Positions 16,828 through 30,341 of a DNA stretch of 64,000 bases are shown here, piece by piece. The DNA comes from the human T2T-CHM13v2.0 reference genome, Homo sapiens, in assembly GCF_009914755.1 (NCBI RefSeq), contig NC_060931.1; one strand, 5' to 3'. How positions within the stretch are numbered: the first letter of the stretch is position 1; every line of letters starts with the position of its first letter. The translations under genes and the position numbers were made by a program. Below the pieces are notes generated by a model, which did no database searches, was not told where the DNA came from, and saw only the letters and a list, made by a program, of their open reading frames with translations.

Positions 16828-19285
16828 TTAAGACACAGTTTTAGCTATTACTTGAAGAAGATGTCCAACAGGATAGTGCACATTCAGAAATATTAACTGC
16901 AAAACTTGAACTCACCCTCAAGATTTTCATTAACTTAGACCCACCTGGCTCTGTGACACTGTTTTCAGAAGGTTAAATGCTTGGCAGTGGGGTAGGCATT
17001 TGGGGAAATTTTAGAATTGCACATATCTGAGCAAACTGATTGTGTCCAGAAAGTACTCTTACTGGGAATACAGTGCTAATGAATACAAAATAACAGTCCC
17101 TGCTGGGTAGCCTCCAGATGGCAAAACTTACAAGCTGTTTGGCTTTGGAATAGTCATGTAACCTCTCCGTGCCTTTGGTTCCTCATCCATAGCAAGGAGG
17201 GATACATAGTTCCTACCTCGTTAAACTACTGTGATGATTCAATGCAATTATGCATGTAAATAAAACACTAGAACAGGTCCTGGCACATACCAATAATTCA
17301 ATAAATATTATTAATAATTATTGTTTCCTTATGTGGATTTTCTCTTCTTCAGGGCTTGATTATATTTCTAAGCTTAGCAGGCTGCCTTGCGAAATGCACT
17401 TACTATGGGAGTCTTGAGTGGATGAGTCTAAACATATCACCACTACTGGTGAAAAGTAAATCAGCTCAAAAATCCTCTAATAATGGTGGTGGATCACCCC
17501 TGCACCAAAAGACAGAATACTAGTTAGGGTGGATATTCCATTTTAAATCACTGCTGTATATCTACCAAGCAGGTTTTGAAATGATTCTTCTAAAGGGCAT
17601 AAAAGGAGTTTATTTTTCATGCCTATTCTTGAAATGTTACAGATGCTATGAAAAATAAGAACAAGAAGTGGGAGGCAAAGTTCTTAGATGAATGTGAGAT
17701 TTAAGATGTTACTTGACAAAAACATTGCCCAAGAGTTTTTGGTCTTATTTTCCTACATTTCATAATTGTGCCCCACAGGTCTCAATTGTGACATCCTGAA
17801 GATGGCTGAATGGCTAATGAGAAAAAGCTAATGGTTCTGTCTGGGACTCCAGTGGCCTTGCTTTGGTACTGTTGACCATTCTCCCTGCAAAGGCGAAGAA
17901 GCCCTGGGACCAGAAACCCCCATATTTTTGTAGAATTCCAAGGGTGATGTCAACTGAAATATGGGAATTCAGGACCTTAAAAAAAAAATCTTGAAATGAT
18001 TAAGTTGAACTCTATTTGATCTGTTTAGATTTACCAAGATTCACTCCTCTGGCTCTGACCAACCTTACTATGTATTGGAAGCCACAATCCCTCCCTTTCA
18101 CTCCCATATGCCAATTCTGAACATTTTTCTTCCTTGAAAGGCAGACCTAGGAGAACAAGGCCCTAGGACATGCAATTCTATTTCTTGCCTGCTTCTTATC
18201 TCACCTTTGAGTTCTAATTTAATGTCTGAGGAATCATGTACTTGTTGACCTGGACATTTCAAAGGAGCTCCCAGGCTGGAATCACAGCCTGTTAAGCCTT
18301 AGGGTAACATCTCCTAAAAGACAGCTAGCAGTCATTTCCATACAAAGGCTCCAAAGACAAAACACACACCTGCTTGCCAAAATTCACACTGTACCTGGGC
18401 GTGCCACCTGAAGGCACACAACGACTGCTTTCTTGAGACAGGGGCACAGCTCACAAAATGGACCTCAACATCCCAGGTTCCTTCCACTGGCTCGTTTCTC
18501 AGGGCTTTGAATCTCCTTCTGTTTACAAGTTTTATATTACTCTTAGGCTACATGCCTCTGAAAGTGAGGCCCCTGGAGTGAAATATGGTGTGGTGAGACA
18601 GGGCCAGGTAGGTAAGGGATAACCTGTGAAGCAGATGATTCCTACTTAAGCTCCTAGAGAGAACCTAGACTATACTTAATAAATACTTTTGGCTACTCTT
18701 AGGATGGTTAAGATGTCCAAGCTGTCAGTTTAAGCTTTCCTGCTTTGAAGTTGCAGGAAGAACTTGATGTCACACTGCTCTTATCTTTTGACTTTAATTA
18801 AAAGCTTCTCCATTTCACCCCAAATCCTGCCTAAGAATCCAAACATTCCCAGGTAGCAGATCAACTTTGTGATGGCCAATAGGCTTTTTTCAATGATTGC
18901 CTGTGGATGTTCAAACTAACATTATGGAATGAGCTGCCCTCAAACAGACTGTGTTGGATTTTCTTTTCTTGCCCTGTGGACATCTTGGGCACATGCCCTC
19001 TGTTTCTGGTCTCTTTCAGTTATTAGAACAGTCTTGTTTTCAGGTATTAAAAAGTCTAGTTCAGCTGAAAACTTCCCCACCCCTACCCTTTGTGGGTCTG
19101 ACCTGCAGTTGCCCAGAGCAGCAATGGGGAGGGACATAGGGGTCTATCTTTTCCCTTCCTCACTCCCTGCCTCTGTCTCCTCTAGGATTTGAATGTGGAA
19201 GAGGATGGCAGGACAAGAAGCTCCTGCCTTTTAATTTAGCTCTTGCTGTTTATAGTTGTCTCTCAGAAATCAAATGCCCTTTGTG

Positions 19286-19404
19286 GGCTGGGCATGCTGG
19301 CTCACACCTGTAATCTCAGCACTTTGGGAGGCCACAGTGGGAGGATCACTTGGGGCCGGGAATTTGAGACCAGCCTGGGCAACATAGAAAGACCTCATTG
19401 CTAC

Positions 19405-19435
<31 letters not shown>

Positions 19436-19602
19436 AGCCAAGCGTGGTAGTGTATGCCTGTAGTCCTAGCTACTCTGGAGGCTGAGGTGGGAGATCACTT
19501 GAGCCCAGGAGTTTGAGGTTACAGTGAGCCATGATTGTGCCACTGCACTCCAGTCTGGGTGACTGAGCAAGACCCTGTCTCTAAAAACAAACAAACAAAA
19601 AA
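19286..19602 (+). mobile_element. AluJ-type with central A tract expanded to A29 (19405-19433)
   Basis: Alu dimer; linker is pure poly-A. Confidence 0.9.
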
Positions 19603-21872
19603 GAAATGCACTTGTTATAGGGAATGTCCAAATGCCAGGCTTTCTTTTCTCTCCTGGGGCACTTCTGAGGACAGCCCTCCCCCTGCCACCACCCACCAAA
19701 GATCTTCTTATTACACTATTTTCTGACCCAGGTACTGTCCTTGTGTCTGATTTCTTATGACTTCCCCTCTGGTCCTATTCCAAAGTCCTCACCTGGGGTC
19801 TCCTCGTCCCTGCCGGCATCCTCTTGAGCAGGGTCCTCTGAAGATGGTTCTGGTCTGATGGCCCTCTGTGATGTCAATTTGGTCCATGGAAAGCAAACAC
19901 CCTTGTCCACCATTGGGAGGAATGCTGCTGGCTCAGCCATAGTTCTCTGTTCTTGCTCTGGCAGCTCCATACAGTCCCTCGGTTCACACCCTTTTGGGCG
20001 AGAATCAGGTAACAATCTCTGTGTTCTTCAAACTCTGGGGGACATGTGTCAAGTTTCTTACTTTGGTCTCATGGCAGTCCCTTCACCAGCCTCCTTTTCC
20101 CCCTAAAACATTTCATTGTAGCCTGACACCTCCTTCAGTAAAGTCTTCCTTGATCCATTTCCTTCATAGTATTTCTTCACTGAACTATACTCTTAATATT
20201 TTTATACTTTTCTGTATGTATGCTAGACTTCAATAAAAATGCTTGTTTAAGCATTTTCAAAATAATCTTGTATTGAGAGTTACCCTTATCTTAGCTTTAA
20301 ATTGCTTTGCTACAATCTTTGACAAGTTTAGGAACACATATATGTGAAGGGAGCTCCTTTACCTACATGAGGACCTAACTTGGGGTTCTTTTAAAGCAGT
20401 GGTAAGCACATAGTTAAATGACTTGGGGGGCTTATTTGCAGTCACCATTAACTAAAATAATGAGGCAACTTCTGTGTACCCTGGAGAGTCTAACAGAAAA
20501 CAGAGGTTTTCAAGGGCTCCAGGCTGCATGTGAAAAAATCCCAGCAGCTAAGAGCTTGTAATTTGACATGAGAGTAATGCATATTTGGTTTAGTTTCGTA
20601 ACTTCAGACTTTTTGAACCAGTTTTTTAAAACAGACATATATGAACTCTCTGAAATCAAGATGATAAGTCATCTGAACTGAAGAGTAAGCTAAATGACTG
20701 AAGAGCACTTTGTCATCTCAAATGGAAATATTTGGGGACCCTTTTTCTTAAATACTAAAGACAATGAAAAATGCCTTAGTTTTTTTGAATTTTACTTCTC
20801 ACTAATCGCTGCCTCAGAGATTGTGTCTGTGATAGAAATAAAAACTTGTCTTTGGGAAGATGAGTGTGTATTTCTAGGTATCCTGCTGGTGCCTTAGCAA
20901 TTGTTCTGTAAACCCAGCAGCGTTGCCCCCCAACCCCCCCAACTATTCTGGGTACCAATGGTAACACCTATGCCTTGGTTGAAAACTCCCACCATCACCT
21001 GGAGAAACTCTTTTATCTCACTGGATGGCCTTGAAAGTCAAGCCACATCCTTGTTGTCTTCTCTGGGTATTTTCTTTTTAAAGTAGGAAGGACAGTTCGG
21101 GAAGGTGACCTTCTGATGCAGCTCTTCACAGTTTAACATGAGGCGTAACAGCTGTGTCCTGTGAAATAAGCAACTTCTCCAAACAAGCAACAGTCCTTAT
21201 TCATCATTCAGATTTTCAGAGGGAGATAAAAATCACTACTTGAAGTTAGCAATGGGTTAACCAAATTTGCAGACCACTCATTTTAACTTATTGTATAACT
21301 GTGCGATCTAGAAGGTGGAAAGACACAGTGTAATGGCTTATAGAGGAGATTATAAGAATTAGCTCATAGGTTAAAGATTTTCTGATGAGTTACAAAATGG
21401 ATTTCACTCACAGGGGCAAATCTCTCTCATAATCCTTGAGGCATTGTACAAAAAAATAAAAAAGCACAGTTACTTTATGCACAATAGTTTTGACATTTTA
21501 TCAGCATGCAATTAAAATCCCTTTGTCTAAAGTTCTGGTTCTAAATTCTTGAACAGATAGAAGCCCAGAAAGGACTGTGTTATGCATTTTAGAAAGAAGA
21601 AATTAATTTGACAACTCATAGAGTTTCGTCCTGGGAGGGAGCGAGTAGTGCGGTGCTGCACTCTATGGGCTGCTGCAGAAACATACAGGATGCATTTTGT
21701 CTATCTGCCAAGAAAGTCTTCCCGAGGAAATATCTTCAATCAATTCTCTGGAATAATCTGGCAGCCTGCTCAACACAGATTCTTCTTTCAACAGAAAGAA
21801 AAGAGAAATACAATAAATTAAGCAATAGAGGGGAAAAGTAGAACTTAAATATGTTAAAACTCCTCTGGTGGG

Positions 21873-22230
21873 TGCTGTAGACTGAAAGTTTATGTCTCCT
21901 GCAAAATTCATATCGTGAAGCCCTAACCCCTAAATGTGATGGTATTAGTGGGTGGGGCCCTTGGGAAGTAATGAGGGTGAAGCCTCATGAATGGGATTAG
22001 TGCCCTTATAAGAGGAAGAAGAGACCACGGACTTCTCTCTCTCTTCACTATGAGGATGCCGCAAGAAGGCAGCCATCTGTAAGCCCAAAAGAGGGCCCTC
22101 ACCAGAACCCAAGCAGCTGGCACCTTGACCTTGGACTTCCCAGCTTCCAGAACTGTGAGAAATAAATGTTTGTTGTTTAAGTCACCCAGTCTATGGTATA
22201 TTGTTATAGTAGCCCCAATTGACTAAGACA
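21873..22230 (+). mobile_element. MLT1A/B-type MaLR solo LTR
   Basis: 'gccctaacccctaaatgtgatggtattag...ccagaactgtgagaaataaatg...gactaagaca'. Confidence 0.85.
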
Positions 22231-25200
22231 AAGGTGTTTAAGTGAAGTGAAGAAGAAGTGAAGTGAGGAAAAGGAAAACAACAGGAAAAGCAAGTTGCTG
22301 TTGCTCACACATTCAAAAACCAACTTGGATTTGTTCAAGTAGAAAAATCCAGGCAATCATAGACAAATGCCCCAACTTGGAGTTTGGGTGTATATTGCAA
22401 TGGCATGGATATAAAAAGGAAAGCACAATGGTGTGTTTCCCCCATTGGCTTATCTGGTTTCCGATAATGAAAAAGAGTTTCACAAGCCAGTGTTTGCTCT
22501 TCATTAGAACACAGAATGAGACAAACAACGGTTCTGTGTGACTAGATTGTCTGCACTTGAAAGTTTGAATGCCAGAGGTTCTTTTGGGATGTGGCATTAA
22601 CATGCACTTTAATCTTCTAGGACTTCATCAAATCAGGGAAACGTGCAAAATAGGAGAGAAAACACTTAAACATTAAAAAGGCATCAATTCATTTAATTTA
22701 TTTAGATATATACTGACAATATGGTCTTTAGATATTATCATTGGTATATACATTTGAATTGGCTTTTTCCCCTCCATTTGGGAGCAGTTTTGCTGATATA
22801 GTTTTACTTTTTTTCTCAGATTTCACATGATCAAGAGTATGCCACTGCTGGTTAGATGGGACTGTGATGGATGTCTGATTTTAACAAAATTTGTTCTAAA
22901 CTAGACTCGTGTCCTTGACCTTCGCCTTATTACCTCCATTCTCTACTAAAGTCATTATAAATTACTCTTAAATGCTAATTTTCTCTCAGTTCCAAAGATT
23001 CCTAGAGTATAGAAAAGTACTGAAGAAAGGGTCTTAGAAATGGGCTTGCTTGATTTCCTAATTTTAGTATTGAAAATCATGTGTCCTGGATTATAATCTA
23101 TGGCTCCCCACAACTCAACTATTTCACATTGAGTCTTATTCTCTGGATCTTGTTCACTGAAAATCATTAGGCTCTTCTGTAATCACAGCAGTGAGTTGGT
23201 AATGAATCAATTAGCAGCCTATGGATTCTTATCTCATAAAAGATCAGAAAAAGCACTGGAGAAATCTATGAAACCTGGTGTGCAAAGAATGCCAGCTACC
23301 TCAGGTTAGTTGACTTCAATTCAATGAGACAAAAATAGCATTGATCATCTACTCCACCAATAGCTGTTTCTTATTTCCAATCTCTCAGTGCCACAGTTGG
23401 GCTTAAATCTGGCCATTATTGTAATCTAGCAGAGAAACACTGTCCTTAGGCTTTTGTGAAATCATTTGGAAGAAATGATTAATTGGCCACTGAATAAGCA
23501 TCCTTCCCCCATTTCACTTTTGGAAGCAGGATTCTTTGTTCTGCAGCAATGGGCCCAATAGTAGCAATAATAAATATACTTTTGCAGCCTTAGGGTATGA
23601 ACCCAGGACCGATTTAAGACAGGAAAAGAAGTCTTGTTCCCTTGCCATGGAGAAGGCCTGTGACCTAGTTCTGGCTCATGAAATATAAGAGCAAGTGTGC
23701 CGGAGGAAAGACTTTCCTCCTGATAAAGCAAGAGCTGCATGAGAAGAAAGTTACATTTGCCCACTCTCATCCCTTCCTGCTTTATGGAGCTGTTTTGTGA
23801 GGCTGCAGGCATCTTGTAACCATGAGGTGTTAATTCTGTGGATGAGACCCCTGAGAGCTGACCATACCTGGAAGAGCCTAGCTCTGAACTTCTTGTTTCT
23901 TAAGGTTTAAGCCTCTGCACTTGAATGTTCTGTTAGTTAGAGCTGAATGCGTTCCAGCTGCTACAGATGGTCGAAAGTCTGAGTAGGAGGTAATGCTTCT
24001 CCATGCTGCTGCCTGGAGGAGTATTAGAATTTGGCCATCCTACCTTCTATTAATTGCTGCCTTCTTGATTGCCACTTCGATTGCACAGTGCCCTAAGAGC
24101 CCTAAGGAGTATAGTTCAGTAAAGCCTGGGGGTGTGTAAAAGCAGCCTGTATTCACAATTGAAGTTGGGCTTTAAATGTGTGGTTTGAAGGGTATCACCA
24201 TTCTCATCTAGCGTATAAAATAAATAAAATAAATTTATTATCCGCTTTCAGTCTGAAATTCTATTTGTGAAGCTTATTCCTAGAGTGTTCAAGATTTCTT
24301 TCTTAAATTATGTGTTTTCTTGAATGGAGACCAGCATCCTACACTCTTATCAGCTCCCATGTTAGCTGAGATGGAGAACTAACTGCAAACTGGGGATAAA
24401 ATAAATAGAATTTTAGGACCTATGAGTTTGTAGAAATCTTTGAGATCATCCAACCTCACACCTTTATTTTGTAGATTTAAAAGAAAAGCCAAAAACTGTG
24501 GACCAGAAAGTTTCAATAGTTTACTGGATAATGTCCATAATCCAGGTTTCCAGGCTTCCAGTCCAGGGGATTTTTTTAATCTTGTTGTCAACCCAGATTA
24601 AGTGTGTGAACAGCACATTTAGAATGCCCGATGGAAGCCTGCTGCCATTTCTCTACCTGGGTCTGGAGTCTGTGGGCTTGAAAGTTTATTTGAATAGTTG
24701 GCATGCTTTTAGCAATGGAGGTGGGGGTGTGGGGCACGGCATAAAAGGAGGAGCTGATGGACATCGGAGGGAGCAGACACATGGCCACTGGCCTCTGGGT
24801 TTTGCTGACGTCTAACCCTGCATTTGCCCTATATCTATGGGAAAGGGCAGGTGCTTCTTTCACTCTTTCTTACTTGATAGACTACATATATGTTTGTTTT
24901 GAATAATTCATCTATTTAACAAATGTCATAACATGCTACCTTTATGATAGACTCTCATTCTTTTAAAAAGCCTATTTCTGAGGTTTAGAAAATAAATCAC
25001 TGCTATGTGTGTTTATAAATGTTTCAGTTTATCTGGGATCTTCAAATAAAAATGTTTCTTAAAATACTAGGTTAAATATTCCAAAGAGGTTCCCATATTT
25101 TGTCAAGCACTTATGGATCTATAAAGGCATGCACTGTTTAAATAAATTCTGACTTTTTATAAAAAGGCATGAATTTATTGCAGTGCCAACAGTAGTCAAT

Positions 25201-27316
25201 CTCTTCTTTAGATATGTAGTTTTAAAATATATTGTTTCAAAAGAGCCAGATTCGTAACTGTTTTTGTGATTTGTTTTTGCTTAGACACCTACACAATCCT
25301 TCTATTCCAAACAATCTTCAGGTCATAAATCTTGGAATGGTTTCTGTGTTCTCTTGCCCTCTGCTGGCTAAATTGAGATCTTTCTTAGAACATGCCAATC
25401 AGACACACCCCGTGGGTCACAGATATACATCCTCCATCCTGCTCGTTTTTGGGTCCATTTGGCAAATGCCTCCTCAACAACTTTTATGCCAGAGATAAAA
25501 ATCTAGCTTTAGATCCCCTGCTTCTCATCAAGATATCCATGACCTGGTGACTCTAGTTTATAACATCTGTCTGTTCTCAAGCATCTTTTGTATTTACCCC
25601 TTGCATCCTATGATTAGCAACTTATTATATCTTATAGCATTCCTGAATTGTCTCTGCTACATAATTAAGTAAATTATCATGCCAGTGAGTAAACATAAGA
25701 TGTAACAATCTGTCTTGCTTATTAGTTGCTTGTTGTTTGTCTTGTTTCCCCAGTGTGACTGTCATCTCTCTAGGCTTTCATTCAACCCCATCAACTGGAT
25801 CCCAAAGAGCCCTCGGCCATGGAAACTAGGCCCCTACACCTCTCCCAGACCTTCATGGGCTGCTGAAGGGCCCCTGGTGCCTGCTGTAACCGTGGCATTC
25901 ACAGGCATCCCCTAGTCCCTCTGCAGTAGAGGGACATGGGGCAAAGTAGAGCACACATGCTTGGGGAAGTTCAGCCCTTCCCCAGTGGGCCATGCAGAAA
26001 AGGGTGAAGCAACACACGATCTGAGACCTGTGTTCTCCCCTCTCCTGCGGGGGGTGAACCCCAGCTGACATTCTTGAGGTTCTCCCACTGCTCTCTCCTC
26101 TCCCTCATGTAATACTCACAAGACTGGTGTTGTTCTGGGGTAGGCTGTGGAGCAACTCCTGCTCTTGAATGCCTCCTCCTCCATTTACATCTAAATTGAA
26201 ATCTTTTTCAATTACTTTGTCTCCCAGTTATTCTGAAGATACATGTTATTTATTTATTTATTTATTTATTTATTGGCTCTCTTTGTTGAACTGTACTTTT
26301 TTTGTGCAGAGAGAAGGTGTATGGAGAGATTTGAATTTGGGTGGCTGGCGTTATTATCATATGGGAAATGGCAGAAGTTCTCTTCTGATGTTTTGCATTG
26401 TTTTGTTTTGTCAGTGAGGTAGAAAACAAGACAACCAGCTGAATGAGGATGGGAGAAGGGTGAGGGGAGAAGATGTGAATGATTATGTGAAGGAGCTGGA
26501 GATGGAAGGACAAGGTAGTGTGACACCCTAGCAGCATGAAGGCACCGCTTGCAGTTAGCAGTAGTAAATTTAAAGTAAGACCAGTCAGCATGATCGTGGA
26601 ATTTTCTCCAGCAACGTTCAGCTGCATCCTGTTGTGGTTTTGCCAAATGAGTACAAAGAAATGTGCTAAGCAGATATGATAAAAACCTTAAAGCACTCCT
26701 GTGAAACACAAAAGTAGAAAGATGTGTCGTATTCTTGGATTAGACAATGAAGCATCATGAGGATGCCAGTTCTCCCAGGTTAATATATACACTTATTGTC
26801 ATTACATTAAAAGTAACCATTTTTTTTTCTGGAGTCAGAGAAGTTGATTCTAAACTACATAAGATAAATTAACAAGCTGAATATTCAGGAAAACTCCTAA
26901 AAAGAGGCACTATAAACAAAAGGAATGAACTGGGTATTTAAATCAGAAAGAAATTTTAAACACGAAAATGACCCTAAAATATGTGAAAAGCTACTCAATC
27001 TAGCTTATATTAAGAAAAAAGTGAATGAAAAGCATTTAAAAATCTTACTGCTCATCTATTTGATTGGCAAGTTCAAAAAGGTTGCTAATATACTTTGTTG
27101 GTGGGGCTGTGGAAAAGTAGGTACTGTCATCATTATGGTTTAGGCCCTATGGGGAATAATTTGGAATTAACTAATAAAACTACATTTGCATTTACCTGTT
27201 GATTGAGCAATTCTACTTTTAAGAATCTCTACAAATTCAGAATATGTGAAGAAAGTTATTTATTGAGAGACATTATGTATAGTAGCATGTGATTATAAAC
27301 AATCCAAATATCCATC

Positions 27317-29976
27317 TCCATGTTAATAGATTGGAAGAATCAATATTATTAAAATGTCCATACTACCCAAAGCGATCTACAGATTCAATGTAATCCCTAT
27401 CAAAATAACACTGACATTATTCACAGAAATCAAAATTAAAAAACTAAAATGTATACAGAACCACAAAAGACACAGAATAGCCCAAGCTACCCTGAACAAT
27501 AAGAACAAAACTGGAGGCATCACATTACATGACTTGAAATTACACTGCAGAACTATAGTAACAAAAACAGCATGGTACCGGCATAAAAACAGACACATAG
27601 ACCAATGGAGCGGAATACAGAACCAAGAAATAAATACATACTCAACAGTGAACTCATTTTCGACAAAGGTGCCAAGAATATACACTGGGGAAAGGACAGT
27701 CTCTTTAATAAATGGTGCTGGGAAAACTGGATGTCCATATGCAAAAGGATGAAACTGGACCCCTATCTCTGGGTATATATAAAAATAAAATAAAAATGGA
27801 TTAAAGGCTTAAATCTAAGACCTCAAACTATGAAACTACTAAAGAAAACACTGGGATTCAATACTATTCCCATCAAGCTACCCTTGACTTTCTTCACAGA
27901 ACTAGAAAAAACTACTTTAAATTTCATATGGAACCAAAAAAGAGCCTGTATAGCCAAGACAATCCTAAGCAAAAAGAACAAAGGTGGAGACATCATGCTA
28001 CCTGACTTCAAACTATACTACAAGGCTACAGTAAGCAAAACAGCATGGTACTGGTACCAAAAGAGACATATAGACCAATGGAACAGAACAGAGGCCTCAG
28101 AAATAACACCACAGATCTACAACCATCAGATCTGCGACAAACCTGCCAAAAACAAGAATGGGGAAAGGATTCCCTATTTAATAAATGGTGCTGGGAAAAC
28201 TGGCTAGCCATATGCAGAAAACTGAAACTGGACCCCTTCCTTACACCTTATACAAAAATTAACTCAAGATGGATTAAGGACTTAAATGTAAAACCCAAAA
28301 CCATAAAAACTCTAGAAGAAAACCTAGACAATACCATTCAGGACATACGCATGGGCAAAGACTTCATGATGAAAATACCAAAAGCAATTGCAACAAAAGC
28401 CAAAATTGACAAATGGGATCTAATTAAACTAAAGAGCTTCTGCAAGCAAAAAAAAACTATCATCAGAGTGAACAGATAACCTATAGAATGGGAGAAAATT
28501 TTTGCAATCTACCCACTTGACAAAGGTCTAACATCCAGAATCTACAAGAAACTTAAAGAAATTTACAAGAAAAAAACAACCACATCAAAAAGTGGGGAAA
28601 GGGTATGAATAGACACTTCTCAAAAGACATTTATGCAGCCAACAAACATATGGAAAAAAGCTCATCATCACTGATCATTAGAGAAATACAAATCAAAACC
28701 ACAATGAGATACCATCTCACGCTAGTCAGAATGGCAATTATTAAAAAGTCAAGAAACAATAGATGCTGGTGATGCTGTGGAGAAATAGGAATGCTTTTAT
28801 GCTATTGGTGTTAATGTAGATTGGTATAACCACTGTGGAAGACAGTGTGGCGATTCCTCAGGGATCTAGAACCAGAAATACCATTTGACCCAGCAATCCC
28901 ATTACTGGGGTATATACCCAAAAGAATATAAATCATTCTACTATAAAGACACATGCTCATGTATGTTTATTGCAACACTATTTACAATAGCAAAGACATG
29001 GAACCAACCCAAATGTCCATCAATGATATACTGGGTAAAGAAAATGTGGTACGTACATACCATAGAATACTATGCAGCCATAAAAAACAATGAGATCATG
29101 TCCTTTGCAGGGACATGGATGAAGTTGGAAGCCATTATCCTCAGCAAACTAACACAGGAACAGAAAACCAAACACCGCATGTTCTCACTTATAAGTGGAA
29201 ATTGAACAATGAGAACACATGGACACAGAGAGGGAAACAACACATACCAGGGCCTGTTGCGGGGTGGAGGGCAAGGGGAAGGAGAGTATTAGGACAAATA
29301 CCTATTGCATGTGGGGCTTAAAACCTAGATGACGGGTTGATAGGTACAGCAAACCACCATGGCACATGTATACCTATGTAACAAACCTGCATGTTCTGCA
29401 CATGTATTCTGAAACTTAAAGTAAAATTAAAAAAAAATGTGGTGCACACACAATGAAGTACTATTCAGCCATAAAAAATGAGATCTTATCATTTGCAACA
29501 ACATGGATGGAACTGGAGGATATTATGTTAAATGGAATAAGCCAGGCATGGAAGGATAAATTTCACATGTTCTCACTCATTTGTGGGAGCTAAAAATTAA
29601 AACAATTGAACTGATGAAGATAAAGAAAAGAATAATGGTTATTGGTGGCTAGGAAGGGTAGTGGGGGTGGGGAGGAAAATGAGGATGGTTAATGGTTACT
29701 AAAATATAGTTAGAATGAATAAAATCTAGTATTTGATAGCACAACAGGGTGACTACAGTCAACAAAAATTTATTGTACATTTAAAAATAACTAAAAGAGT
29801 ATAATTGGAATATTTCTAACACAAAGAAACGCTTGAGGTGATGAACACTCCATTTATCCTGAAGTGATTATTTGGCTTTGTATGCCTGTATCAAAATATC
29901 TCACATAACCCATAAATATATAAACCTACTATGAACCCATACAAATTGAAAAGAAAAAAAGAGAGAAAAACAATAA
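27317..29976 (+). mobile_element. L1MA-type element (ORF2 fragment + 3'UTR) interrupted by an L1PA
   Basis: ORF2 peptide [18 protein letters not shown]...; 3'UTR 'gtgactacagtcaacaaaaatttattgtac'; direct repeat CAAATATCCATC at 27305-27316 / 29977-29988. Confidence 0.8.
27858..29438 (+). mobile_element. 5'-truncated L1PA (about L1PA8-type) ORF2 C-terminus + 3'UTR
   Basis: Broken ORF2 peptides ([55 protein letters not shown]); 3'UTR 'ggggcttaaaacctagatgacgggttgatagg'; A tail. Confidence 0.92.
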
Positions 29977-30065
29977 CAAATATCCATCAACAGGGGACTT
30001 GTTAAATCAATTATGGTGCATCCACAAAATAGAGAACGAAATAGCTATGAAAAAGAAAAGTTATC

Positions 30066-30341
30066 AGCCGGGTGCAGTGGCTCATGCCTGTAATTCTGAC
30101 ACTTTGGGAGGCTGAGGTGGGTGGATTATTTGAGTCCAGGAGTTTGAGACCAGCCTGGGCAACATGGTGAAGCCTTGTCTATTAGCCCAGCTGGTGGTGC
30201 AGGCCTGTAGTCCCAGCTATTTGAGTGGGCTGAGGTGGGAGGATCGCTTGAGTCAAGGTTGCAGTAAGCCCTGATTGTGCCACTGCACTCCAATGTAGGC
30301 AACAGAGTGAGACCCTGTCTCAAAAAAAAAAAAACAAAAAA
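30066..30341 (+). mobile_element. AluJ-type
   Basis: Diverged dimer with deleted linker. Confidence 0.85.

Larger units (their letters stand above)
26700..30060 (+). mobile_element. Old L1ME-type host element (interrupted)
   Basis: Degenerate L1 ORF2/3' sequence at 26700-27316, resuming 'caaatatccatcaacaggggac...' at 29977. Confidence 0.6.

Noticed and set aside
27354-29321. L1 ORF2-like ORFs of 100-144 aa
   Set aside because: Frameshifted, 5'-truncated dead L1 fragments without an intact endonuclease or RT.
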